A stretch of DNA of 39,718 nucleotides from Oligoflexales bacterium (lineage in GTDB: Bacteria; Bdellovibrionota_B; Oligoflexia; Oligoflexales; Bog-1112), in the NCBI GenBank assembly GCA_045105515.1, contig JBGCDR010000358.1, positions 1 through 39,718 of the forward strand, given 5' to 3'. The translations under genes and the position numbers were made by a program. Shown piece after piece: positions 28,609 through 38,322 of the stretch; within the stretch, counting starts at the first letter, position 1, and each line of letters opens with the position of its first letter. The notes under the pieces were generated by a model that saw only the letters and a list, made by a program, of their open reading frames with translations, had not been told where the DNA came from and did no database searches.

Positions 28609-29555
28609 TAATTACAGTTTTTCTTGAATAACTTGATATTCTCAGCCGTTTTTTCGACTATGAGTTGCCTTGTCTTTTGCCCAGCCCAACTATTGTGTGG
28701 AGTTATGATTAAATTCGGAATCTCTTGCGCAATCAATGGATGCTCAATAGGCGGAGGCTCCTGACTAAGGACATCTAATGCAGCTCCCGCAATAAGACCA
28801 TCTTTCAATGCAGTAGCTAATGCAGCTTCATTCACAATTCCTCCCCTAGCGGTGTTGATAAGGAATGCTGAAGGCTTCATTAATCTTAACTGAGTTAATC
28901 CGATTAAGCCCTCTGTTTCTGGAGTTAAAGGGCAGTGCACCGATAGCACATCCACCTGCGGAAGAAACTTGCTGAGAGGAATTCTTGCGTAAGGACCCTT
29001 AGTTTGATATCGGCTCCCAGGCAACTCAGCGAGCACAACATCCATTCCAAATACCTTGGCTTTTTCAGCAAGTTTACGACCAATAGCTCCATATCCTAAA
29101 ATTCCAATAACCTTACCCTCTAGCTCATGAATGTCTTGGCCAAAAAGGCAAAACTCTTGTGCTCTACTCCAGGTACCATCAACTGCAGCACTGATATAGT
29201 ATGGGAAATTATGTGCAAGCATTAATATTAAGCCCATTGCGTGTTGAGACACCATAGAGCCAGCATAATCTTTGACATTGCACACCGTCACTCCACATCT
29301 TTCTGCAGCTTCCAAATCTATATTGTTAAGACCAGTTGCAGTGACACAAATCAGGCGCAATTGAGGACATTTTTCTATTAGTTGCGAGCTTAATAGAGTC
29401 TTGTTACAGATAATACAATCATTTTCTCCAATCCGTTCAATAAGCTCATCAGGAGTGCTGCTATCAAATATGCTCAAATATTCCACTTGATTTTCAATCG
29501 ACTCAAAGGAAATTCCTTGCCCCAAACTTGTCGCATCTAAGATAACTGCCTTCAT
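28605..29555 (-). CDS. D-2-hydroxyacid dehydrogenase (glycerate dehydrogenase/hydroxypyruvate reductase-like)
   Basis: ATGLNNIDL, GYGAIG, HCPLTPET, INTARG, DVLSQEPP and TPHNSW. Start taken as ATG 29555 (MKAVILD) after SD AAGGAG. Confidence 0.93.
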   Translation of the reverse strand: MKAVILDATSLGQGISFESIENQVEYLSIFDSSTPDELIERIGENDCIICNKTLLSSQLIEKCPQLRLICVTATGLNNIDLEAAERCGVTVCNVKDYAGSMVSQHAMGLILMLAHNFPYYISAAVDGTWSRAQEFCLFGQDIHELEGKVIGILGYGAIGRKLAEKAKVFGMDVVLAELPGSRYQTKGPYARIPLSKFLPQVDVLSVHCPLTPETEGLIGLTQLRLMKPSAFLINTARGGIVNEAALATALKDGLIAGAALDVLSQEPPPIEHPLIAQEIPNLIITPHNSWAGQKTRQLIVEKTAENIKLFKKNCNY

Positions 29556-29569
29556 TATTCTCCTTTTAC

Positions 29570-30910
29570 TTATTTCATCCCTAAAGTCTTTAAACCTTGC
29601 TTTGCTAACAAGCCATGATTTTCGAGGTTCGCTGCTCCTTGAAAACTCTCCCCCAAAAGCTTGCTTACCTTCCAAGGAATATCTTCATTACTCATAAATC
29701 CACTAAAAAACTGAGCCCCTGGTCCAGAAGCTAGAATGGGGACATCAACAGCGGTATGCACTGCAGAAGCAGTATAATAAAGAGCTGGATATAAATTGCG
29801 ATCGTTCTTTTCTCTTTTTGCACCTGGCCCACTTGCAAAGGTGACAAAATAGCGATCATCTTCAAGAAAGTTCGTCACCTTACCAAATATACCTTCACCC
29901 CGACTTTCCTCTAAACTCTTATAGCCACTGATGGCAAGTCCACCGGTCTCATGGTCGGCAGTCACCAAGACTAAAGTATCTTTATACTTTTGATTCAAGA
30001 CGCTTCCAATTGCATTATCAAAAGCCCGCATATCCCCAAAAATATTTTTTGCATCATTGCCATGGGCTGCATGATCAATGCGTCCTCCCTCTACCATCAA
30101 GAAATACCCTTTCGGATTTTTTCGTAAATGATTAACAGCAAATGCGACCATTTCTTGCAGCGAAGGCTCGCTTATTTGTTGTTTTTCTCGATCAAGATCA
30201 TAGGCCAAATGATCCTCGGAAAATAAACCTAAAACCCTATCCCCAAGTTTGGTATTAACAGCATCCAATTGTTGCTTTGATTCACAATATTTCCAGCCTT
30301 TTGCCTTTAATTCATCGATTAGATTACGCTTATCTTTTCTACGTGGAAGAAACGCTTCTCTCCCCCCTCCAAGGAGCAAATCAATCTTAGAGCCTAACAC
30401 CTGGGTCGCAATTAGCTCTTCTTGCTCCCTACTCGGTACATGAGCATAAAAACTTGCAGGGGTTGCATGTGTCACCTTAGCTGTCGAAATAATCCCTACA
30501 GACTTACCCATTCGCTTAGCCAAATCTACTAAAGTTTCTAAAGAACGGGACTTACCTGTAGGATCTAAAACAGGGTCTGTCAAACCAATTGCACCATTAT
30601 ATGTTTTCACACCTGTAGCCAAAGCAGTAGCGGATGCTGCTGAATCTGTGACAAAATCAGAAGAAGAAAAGGTCTTTACAAATCCTGAAAAGGGCATTTT
30701 TTCGATATTCAAGGATCCATTGGCGCCATGAGCCCATATCCTTCCACCAGTTACTGATGCAATACCCATTCCGTCACCGATAAAAAACACAACACTATTT
30801 AAATCATGGTGAGGCCTGATTACCTCATTGGAAGCGGCCTGGTCATATTGACCAAACAATAAAATACAGTATAAAAATACGTATAATCTTAAGTAATTTT
30901 GCTGCCGCAT
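29570..30910 (-). CDS. phoA: Secreted alkaline phosphatase (PhoA family)
   Basis: Signal peptide, FIGDGMG, VTDSAAS (catalytic Ser), THATPA, EGGRIDHAAH, TADHETG and VHT. SD GGAGG. Confidence 0.93.
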   Translation of the reverse strand: MRQQNYLRLYVFLYCILLFGQYDQAASNEVIRPHHDLNSVVFFIGDGMGIASVTGGRIWAHGANGSLNIEKMPFSGFVKTFSSSDFVTDSAASATALATGVKTYNGAIGLTDPVLDPTGKSRSLETLVDLAKRMGKSVGIISTAKVTHATPASFYAHVPSREQEELIATQVLGSKIDLLLGGGREAFLPRRKDKRNLIDELKAKGWKYCESKQQLDAVNTKLGDRVLGLFSEDHLAYDLDREKQQISEPSLQEMVAFAVNHLRKNPKGYFLMVEGGRIDHAAHGNDAKNIFGDMRAFDNAIGSVLNQKYKDTLVLVTADHETGGLAISGYKSLEESRGEGIFGKVTNFLEDDRYFVTFASGPGAKREKNDRNLYPALYYTASAVHTAVDVPILASGPGAQFFSGFMSNEDIPWKVSKLLGESFQGAANLENHGLLAKQGLKTLGMK

Positions 30911-31339
30911 AGCTCCTCCAAATTTGGTTAAAATTCCTTCTTAATGCACACATTAGTCAAATTCTCAAATATTAACAAATGAGAATTAAAGTAAATTGAA
31001 AAAGAAGTTTCTAGCCCTAAATGCTCTCTTAATATTAAAAAGGTCATGAAAAAAAGGTGATTCTTAAAATAACCTCGAATCCGATGAACTTAATAAATTA
31101 ATTGTCATCCCCAAAAAATTACGCCGAAAGGCTCGCTACAGGATTTTTCAAGGCAAGATTAGATGTGAGAAATCCACTTATATCTCTTAAGCCTGGACAG
31201 GATAATGTCGTCAAAGCCTATAATTTCAGATCTAGAATCGAAAATTCGTAATAATATTAGCTTTTGTTCTTCTAAATAGAGATCATTCATATGGTACAAT
31301 AGAAAAATTGATTGTATCCCCTTCGGAGGTAAGAAATTC

Positions 31340-33001
31340 GTGCTAAAAATAGCTACTGCTACTTTTTTCCTAATAATGATGATTTTTTTATTTTGCTCAG
31401 GTTCTCCCCACATAGGAGACTTCGATGCTGGTGAATTTTATAAAATTGCTATTACCGGAGGAATCAGTCATCCACCAGGATACCCAATTTACTGCTTGTT
31501 TAATCGGATAATTTACTTGGCAAGTGGTTCTTTAGAGGTATTTCCTTTCTGGAGGTTCAATGCATTTTTAACTCTAATAGCAGCGTTTATCTTCTACCAC
31601 TACCTACTTCACCAAAGGTTTGGGCTATTAGGTCTTGCGAGCTTAGCGATAGTATTTTTAGCACCCAGTATTTGGCGATCTGCCACCAACATCGAACCGT
31701 TTGCACTCCACCACCTATTAGTAGTTATCGCAATTCTAATGGCTGAGAAGTTCGAAACCCATTCAGACAAAAAAACCTATTGCCTAATTTGGGGATTTAT
31801 CTTTGGACTGGCTTTTTGCCATCATCACTTATTTGCTATGCTGCTTCCAGGGACTTTATGGTGCCTTCGTCGTAAAATTTCTGTTCATAGGGGGAGTGCC
31901 TTCATCCTAGGTAGTTTGCTTGGATTGCTCCCAATTATTTATTTTATATTTGCACGCAAAGGAGGTTTTATCTGGGGGAACTGGGATCCTTTCATTGCAA
32001 ATCTCTTAAAACATTTATTTAGAACCCAATACGGAACGGTCAATCTAGGGCTTGGGAATGACGGTCAACTAATGATGGGCTTGTATTATTTCGGTAAATT
32101 ACTTGCCCTCCACCTTGGAGGCCTTGGAGCAGCCCTTGCTGTACTAGGCATCTATCAACAAGTTCGCCAAGGACTTCTCTCACTAAGAGACCAATGGCTA
32201 CTTTGCGGAACTTGCCTTGCAGGGCCACTATTTTTTTGTTTAGCACGTATTGATGGGAGTGACATATGGATGGAAGTTTTATCTAGATTTATCGGGACTA
32301 GTTGTTTATTGCTTTTACCCTTCATTGCTGTGGGCATAAGGTCTCTGGGTGAAAAAGCCAAACTTACCGGTGTGATCATAGTCCTGTTTCAAGGTGTGTT
32401 GCAGTTACCTTACAATTGGCGCCAAAATGAAAGTTTTACAGAAGATCATATTCAAAATCTAATAAATACTGTAGCTTCTGAAGGTAAAACCGAGGCTTTT
32501 CTTGTTACTTTTCACGAGTTAGAATTTATGGGCTTTCTTCATTATAGCGCTAAGCACGGCCTACCTCCTCACTTAAAAGTAGCTCATCATCCAATGTGGG
32601 GCGCAGCGTGGTATCGTCAACAAGCATTTGAAACTAAGGAGGCAAGCTTTGAGTTTTGGCTACGAAAAAAACTAAACTTGGGTACTCGCATTTATTTCAC
32701 GAGTGGAGTTAAACGATTTGCACACATAGTCGCTAACTCTTATCCGATCGGTCCAACTATCCGCATTCGAGCTCCTGGCAGTTCCCTACCATCTGGATCA
32801 CTTAATTTTAAACGTAACAAACTCTTACTTCAAACCTTCAGAACTATTCCGCATGAAGTTGCTACCACTTGGGAAAAAACTGTTTTTGACTCTTACACTA
32901 GGACGTGGCTTTCTCTTGGAAATAAACTTGAGGACGAGAATAATAAGAAACTTGCGCTTGAAGCAATTCAGATTGCCTCAGGTTTCCAAGAAAGTGAATG
33001 A
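31340..33001 (+). CDS. DUF2723 / TMEM260-like GT-C-fold membrane glycosyltransferase
   Basis: N-terminal TM followed by DAGEF and SHPPGYP signatures. Many TM helices, then CHHH, HLFRTQYG and a soluble C-terminal domain. GTG with SD GGAGGT. Confidence 0.85.
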   Translation: MLKIATATFFLIMMIFLFCSGSPHIGDFDAGEFYKIAITGGISHPPGYPIYCLFNRIIYLASGSLEVFPFWRFNAFLTLIAAFIFYHYLLHQRFGLLGLASLAIVFLAPSIWRSATNIEPFALHHLLVVIAILMAEKFETHSDKKTYCLIWGFIFGLAFCHHHLFAMLLPGTLWCLRRKISVHRGSAFILGSLLGLLPIIYFIFARKGGFIWGNWDPFIANLLKHLFRTQYGTVNLGLGNDGQLMMGLYYFGKLLALHLGGLGAALAVLGIYQQVRQGLLSLRDQWLLCGTCLAGPLFFCLARIDGSDIWMEVLSRFIGTSCLLLLPFIAVGIRSLGEKAKLTGVIIVLFQGVLQLPYNWRQNESFTEDHIQNLINTVASEGKTEAFLVTFHELEFMGFLHYSAKHGLPPHLKVAHHPMWGAAWYRQQAFETKEASFEFWLRKKLNLGTRIYFTSGVKRFAHIVANSYPIGPTIRIRAPGSSLPSGSLNFKRNKLLLQTFRTIPHEVATTWEKTVFDSYTRTWLSLGNKLEDENNKKLALEAIQIASGFQESE

Positions 33002-33110
33002 AATCCATATAACTTAGGCAGAGACTCCTTACTCTCCTTCAAGAAGTCATTAGCTACCCCTCTTGAAATAATTCATCCAGTAATGACGGATAAGCTATTC
33101 TATAAGATAT

Positions 33111-35855
33111 CTAATTTACGTCGAAGTTAATTGAATCTGTATACACTCCTGAAGCACCTCGTTGAATTAGTTTGAAGAAATTCTGTCTTGAATTTATCGT
33201 ATGAACGTAAATGGGTATATCATGAACCCCTACAAGACGACTAGTAGGGACAAAAGATGTAAAAGGTGTTGCGACAAATGCTGGTGGGAATTCTTTAAGT
33301 TTTAATAGTAAACTTTCGGGATCAAATTTTCTTTGTATTAACTTATAAAATGTGAATATATAGCTTTCATACCCAAGTTGTTTGATAAATTGAATATCCT
33401 CTGGAAAATATGCTTGTGGAATAAAACGATCTCTTAACTCATGCTCAGCAATAATTTTATATATTTTTTCATGATTTTTTTTGGTATCCGCAACAATTTT
33501 AATCTGAGGTATTTTTCTTAATATTTCAAATAGATCATTTAAAGTAAGGAGGGTAAGCCCATCTATTTTCAGATTTTTGAATTCTTCTAATGTAATCCCA
33601 TCTTTATTTTTAACATATTCCTTGATAAATTCATCACCCAAGTAATGCAGTAAGATGACATGATCATCCTGCGTAATATAAAAATCAAGCTCAATATATT
33701 TATACCCCACCTTTACGCTATGATTAATTGCCTCAAGCGAATTGGTATAATCCTGACCGTTAATCACCCCACCTGCATGCGCAATTAATTGATCTTTCTT
33801 TATATCTGAGCTATATAAATCTTTACTGGATTTTCCATTTGATTTCCTCACTTTAATATAATTGATTGAAAATTTGTCATGATTTTCTAACTTCGCAAAG
33901 AGATTTACAAGTAAGGAGCTATCAAAAATTCCATCTATCTTTAAATGTGCTTCTCTAACATCGCCTTTTTTTATCTTCAATGATTGTTCAATCGTTCCAA
34001 TTACATGCCTTTTATCTTGAAAAAAAAATGTATCTCCAGCACTGAGTACCAAATCTAAATCTGATTTTGAATGAGAATTATCAATCATTGCAACAATCTC
34101 TAATTCTTCCCCTTTATTTAAATCCACAAATTGATCAACCAGAAGCTGAACACTAGCGGTGTCAGAATATGTTCTCCTACTATAATCAGAAAATACAATC
34201 ACATTATTCATTTCTGATTCTTGAGCTAAAGCCAAAGAAACCTTTTCTTCAATTTTAGATTTCCTCTCTTGTGAAACTCCGGAATTAAAAGAAAATTTAT
34301 CAATAAATTCAAACAGATCATGATTCTTAAGATCGTAGTGTTTACAGTTAACTTTTTTATCACAGATGGAGAAACTATTATTACTAGACAGAAAATAAAT
34401 CAGATTGTGATAAATATCTGCATAGACAAGATCTCTTTTCTTATCATACTGACGAAACACACTCCTTCCTGGTGCCTGATGTTTCTCACCAATATCCAAG
34501 ATGTCCAAAACGCTGTTCATCAAATCTGATTGTAAGAAATAATCTTCACTTCGCTGCTTTTTAATCACATTATTTAAAACAAACAAAAATCCCCGATTAA
34601 ACTGATTCTTGACTTCGCCAGCAACCTCATCGCTTAAAATAAAAACTATTGTTCTGGATAACATTCCAGATTTTTCCATTTGTTTGATCAAGGTATACGC
34701 GGAATCGCCAGCAAATTTAAATGCTTCCTCTCTACCACTTTTTTCACCAGGTAATAGGTAAGGATGATGTGTTCCCACAGTCAACAAACTCATAAACCAT
34801 TTTTTATTCTCTCTATCCAATTCAATCATCCGGTCATAAGCTTTCTGGAATAGAGTGTGATCATCAATTCCCCAAGGGTGAATTTTCTTTACCTGAGGAA
34901 AGCTATAGTATCCACCTTTTATCTCATCAAAACCCACAGCAGGCATAAAAAGATTCTTCTTCATATAAGCAAGCATTGCTCCTTGGTAATATACGTTAAA
35001 ATACCCCTCTTTTTGAAGAACACCAGGCAGACAGTCAAATCTTTCTTCTGAAGATATATACTGATCAACTTTACTTTCTACTTTACTTAAAAAAGGGTAA
35101 TCTCCACATAAGATTGAATATAGCCCTCTATGAGTTTGTCTTTGGTTATGTATAAAATTTGGAATGTAAAGACTATGCATATCAAGCAGCTTACTTAGTT
35201 GACCAAGTCTTTTCTCATGGATCATTTTGTAAGACGCACCTTCTAAAAATATAAATAGAATGTTTTTATCTTTAATCTTTGGAACAGTCAACTTTCCTGT
35301 CATATCAATTTCTATATTACTTCTTCTAATATTTAAAGGTACATTCGTCGTAGTTAAACTGTTATCTAGCAATTCATAAGCAACTGATTCAAGAAAGCTC
35401 ATTTGTTGCCACTTAAATATCTGGAGGTCTGGCTTTAAGAAACCAAGAACAACAACAGGGAAAATTAAACCGTAATAATACTTTGGACTAATTTTTATTA
35501 CAAGACGGTCATTAAGAAATAATGTATATGAAATAAATAGAGCAACAATAAAAATAGCACCAGATTTGAATGTAAATATTGTTCCAACAATAAAATCGCT
35601 GTCCACATATTCTGAAGATAGTAAAATAGATATATTAGATTGATTGACCTTTATATGTAAGATATTTATTACAGACAGTATCAAAGATAAGAAAATTAGC
35701 ACGAATGAAACAGCTCTGTTATTCTTATAATTGAGCATAGACAAAACAAGTCCAGAAAAAACACAGGAAATAACGAACCTAAAATAAGGTATTATTCCAG
35801 CTGAAAATTCAAATGCAAAGAGCTGCACAATATGAGACATCGCAAACACTAGCAA
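33111..35855 (-). CDS. Membrane-anchored LTA-synthase/sulfatase-family protein fused to a C-terminal glycerophosphodiester phosphodiesterase (GDPD)
   Basis: About 5 N-terminal TM segments. LtaS/AlkP-superfamily motifs NILFIFLEG, QTHRGL, WGIDD, TVGTHHPY and ILSDE. GDPD motifs IAHAGG, TNSLEA, IELDF, LLH, ADTK, VHTIN and GVYTD. Start codon uncertain. Confidence 0.85.
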   Translation of the reverse strand: MLVFAMSHIVQLFAFEFSAGIIPYFRFVISCVFSGLVLSMLNYKNNRAVSFVLIFLSLILSVINILHIKVNQSNISILLSSEYVDSDFIVGTIFTFKSGAIFIVALFISYTLFLNDRLVIKISPKYYYGLIFPVVVLGFLKPDLQIFKWQQMSFLESVAYELLDNSLTTTNVPLNIRRSNIEIDMTGKLTVPKIKDKNILFIFLEGASYKMIHEKRLGQLSKLLDMHSLYIPNFIHNQRQTHRGLYSILCGDYPFLSKVESKVDQYISSEERFDCLPGVLQKEGYFNVYYQGAMLAYMKKNLFMPAVGFDEIKGGYYSFPQVKKIHPWGIDDHTLFQKAYDRMIELDRENKKWFMSLLTVGTHHPYLLPGEKSGREEAFKFAGDSAYTLIKQMEKSGMLSRTIVFILSDEVAGEVKNQFNRGFLFVLNNVIKKQRSEDYFLQSDLMNSVLDILDIGEKHQAPGRSVFRQYDKKRDLVYADIYHNLIYFLSSNNSFSICDKKVNCKHYDLKNHDLFEFIDKFSFNSGVSQERKSKIEEKVSLALAQESEMNNVIVFSDYSRRTYSDTASVQLLVDQFVDLNKGEELEIVAMIDNSHSKSDLDLVLSAGDTFFFQDKRHVIGTIEQSLKIKKGDVREAHLKIDGIFDSSLLVNLFAKLENHDKFSINYIKVRKSNGKSSKDLYSSDIKKDQLIAHAGGVINGQDYTNSLEAINHSVKVGYKYIELDFYITQDDHVILLHYLGDEFIKEYVKNKDGITLEEFKNLKIDGLTLLTLNDLFEILRKIPQIKIVADTKKNHEKIYKIIAEHELRDRFIPQAYFPEDIQFIKQLGYESYIFTFYKLIQRKFDPESLLLKLKEFPPAFVATPFTSFVPTSRLVGVHDIPIYVHTINSRQNFFKLIQRGASGVYTDSINFDVN

Positions 35856-36314
35856 TATGTTGAGATTTAAATAAACTATTTCCTTACTCCACTTACAAAT
35901 ATTTCAGAAGATCATTTTTATTCGAGTTTAAACTGTTAGCTTATAAAATTCAAAATATTCTAAGGATTTTTATTTGGGAACAATGGTCACAACAACTATA
36001 ACAAGTGTTCTTTATTCCCAAATATACAATTTCTTAAAACAAATTAAAATACTTTGTATGATGCAAATACAAGGGATTATGTTGCTTTAAACAACGAAAT
36101 ATATCCAATTATTTCTAACTATTATTTTCAAATAACCGACGAACACTTTTGAGTAGAACTTTAAAATTGCATCTTAATAATGCAACTATTTTTGTTTAAA
36201 CTAAGAGCCCTATTTTTCGTGACTTTTTAGAGTTCTTTCGTTGAATATAGAAAATATTTTGCCAATACAAAATCTACAAATAATTTAAGAACTAAATTAA
36301 GCGATGATTTATAG

Positions 36315-38291
36315 ATGAAGAGTCAAACTTACCAAGCAGAAATTGATGGCCTCCGAGCTCTTGCAATCTTCATCGTTGTCTTCTTTCACTTAGGTTTTGA
36401 GACTTTTCAAGGTGGGTATGTCGGTGTTGACGTCTTTTTCGTAATCAGTGGCTACCTCATCACTAGGTCAATTGTCAAAGAATACTTACAAACCTCGAGT
36501 TTTAATTTCAAAAATTTTTACATCAGAAGATTCAGGCGTTTATTTCCAGCGCTATTTTTTACGCTCTTCATAACCCAATTATTTGCAATTCTAGTTTTTT
36601 CACCACAACACTTACAAAGATTATCAGCTGTAGTAATACATGCAGTTTTCAGTTTATCAAATTTCTATTTTTGGTCTGAAAGTGGGTACTTTGAACTTGG
36701 TAATTCATTTAAACCAATTCTGCACACCTGGTCACTGAGCATTGAAGAGCAATTTTATCTCTTCTGGCCTATTTGTTTAACCTTCGTTTATGAAAAATGC
36801 AAAACGAAAGGAACTCTTTTGTTCATAATACTCATTGGCATATTGAGCCTTGCTCTAAATTTACTATTTTCTGATGGAGTCAATCTTTCAACAGATGGTT
36901 GGTTCTCTAGCATTGCTGAGTATGTCAACAATAATCAATCAACCATTTTTTTTCTGTTCCCATTTCGAATATTTGAGTTTGCAATTGGAGCTAGTTTGGT
37001 CTGGCTTGAAAAATATTCTCCAAAAAATAATTATTTAAAGGAAACTGTCTTTATTCTTGGTATTGAAATGATCTTATTTTCAGCATTTACTTACAACTCA
37101 TCAACTTTTTTTCCTTCAGCACATGCCCTTGTTCCTTGTCTGGGTACAGCGTTGGTCATCGCTAGTGCAAACTCACAATATTGCGGATTTTTGCTGCGCA
37201 ACAGAATTTCCGTATATATAGGAAAAATTAGCTATTCTTTCTACCTTACCCACTGGCCAATAATAGTTTTTTATCTTTATTTTAAGACTAATAGTGAACG
37301 TTTAAATCTTAGTGAACAACTTCTTCTATTAACATTATCTATAGGATTTTCAGCACTAGTATATCGTTATATAGAAACACCATTTAGACATCGTATTGGG
37401 TCATCAAACCCTTTATTCACCAAAAATTTAACCCTAGTTTGGCTTACTTTAATCGTACTTTTAATTTCAACATCTACGATAATCTATATCAACAATGGAT
37501 GGTACTGGAGAATTCCAAGCAATATTCCACAAAGCATTTCAAATAAAATTAATGAGCCTATGAAGCTTCATATTAGACATTTTGGTGGAATGAATTTAGA
37601 AAAATTCAATGCATCACTAAGATCTCATACAAAAAAAATTGCACTTATTGGTGATTCTCATATAAGTCAATACACTAAAATATTAGCTAAAAGATCAAAT
37701 TATGATCGTGGATTTGTCGGATTTTATTCTAATGGTTGTTTCTTTACTTCAATATTAACCAGCAAAGCAAACCAAAATGAATGTTTAACTACCGTTAAAC
37801 AAGGTTATATTTCTTCGCTCAAATCCAGCGAGATCGAATGGATATTTGTTGGTTTTAGGTGGCCTAAATATCATCTTCATAAAGCGAATTTGCAGGGACT
37901 AACTCAAAATATTGAAGACATGAAGATGGATGAGTTTTATAATCATATATTAGATGACTTCATTAAAATTAAACAAATCTATGGTCCCGAAAAAAAATTA
38001 GTATTTGTCGGCAATGTTCCGAATCGGACGACCAAATGCTATGACCGACCACAGTATTTTTCTTACTGCAAAAAACCAGTAGACACACCTACTAATAGCT
38101 TTAACAAATTTGCAGAAATTTATCTAAAAAGAATAGGTTATCATTTTATTAACCCAAGCTCAATATTGTGTCAGCCAACCTGTCTAGATGAAATAAATGG
38201 CTATCCGATTTACTCTGACGACAATCATCTAACGACCTGGGGCAGTGCCCTGGTCGTTGAAAAGATTATGAAAGAAATAAGTGCTCACTAA
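36315..38291 (+). CDS. Acyltransferase-3 (OafA/OatA-like) with C-terminal SGNH domain
   Basis: IDGLRALA, GVDVFFVISGYLI, FYIRRFRRLFP, HTWSLSIEEQFY and ISYSFYLTHWP. SGNH motifs GDSH and DDNH. Confidence 0.93.
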   Translation: MKSQTYQAEIDGLRALAIFIVVFFHLGFETFQGGYVGVDVFFVISGYLITRSIVKEYLQTSSFNFKNFYIRRFRRLFPALFFTLFITQLFAILVFSPQHLQRLSAVVIHAVFSLSNFYFWSESGYFELGNSFKPILHTWSLSIEEQFYLFWPICLTFVYEKCKTKGTLLFIILIGILSLALNLLFSDGVNLSTDGWFSSIAEYVNNNQSTIFFLFPFRIFEFAIGASLVWLEKYSPKNNYLKETVFILGIEMILFSAFTYNSSTFFPSAHALVPCLGTALVIASANSQYCGFLLRNRISVYIGKISYSFYLTHWPIIVFYLYFKTNSERLNLSEQLLLLTLSIGFSALVYRYIETPFRHRIGSSNPLFTKNLTLVWLTLIVLLISTSTIIYINNGWYWRIPSNIPQSISNKINEPMKLHIRHFGGMNLEKFNASLRSHTKKIALIGDSHISQYTKILAKRSNYDRGFVGFYSNGCFFTSILTSKANQNECLTTVKQGYISSLKSSEIEWIFVGFRWPKYHLHKANLQGLTQNIEDMKMDEFYNHILDDFIKIKQIYGPEKKLVFVGNVPNRTTKCYDRPQYFSYCKKPVDTPTNSFNKFAEIYLKRIGYHFINPSSILCQPTCLDEINGYPIYSDDNHLTTWGSALVVEKIMKEISAH

Positions 38292-38322
38292 AATTCCATA
38301 AATCTATTAAAAGATGTTTTGA

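Noticed and set aside
29556..29675. 40-aa N-terminal extension of the dehydrogenase overlapping phoA
   Set aside because: Family similarity starts at MKAVILD, which has its own SD. The extension is an ORF-caller artefact.
31123..31132. GCCGAAAGGC GNRA-tetraloop hairpin in the 430-bp phoA/DUF2723 intergenic region, considered as a c-di-GMP-I or c-di-AMP riboswitch or a hammerhead ribozyme
   Set aside because: The stem is only 3 bp. The flanking conserved elements (GCAAA...GACGCAAAGC for c-di-GMP-I, the CUGANGA core for hammerhead) are absent or out of order. An Infernal/Rfam scan would settle it.
33002..38322. A bona fide mobile element or prophage explaining the AT-rich segment
   Set aside because: No integrase, transposase, tRNA target, terminal repeats or phage genes were seen. 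Only the composition is suggestive.
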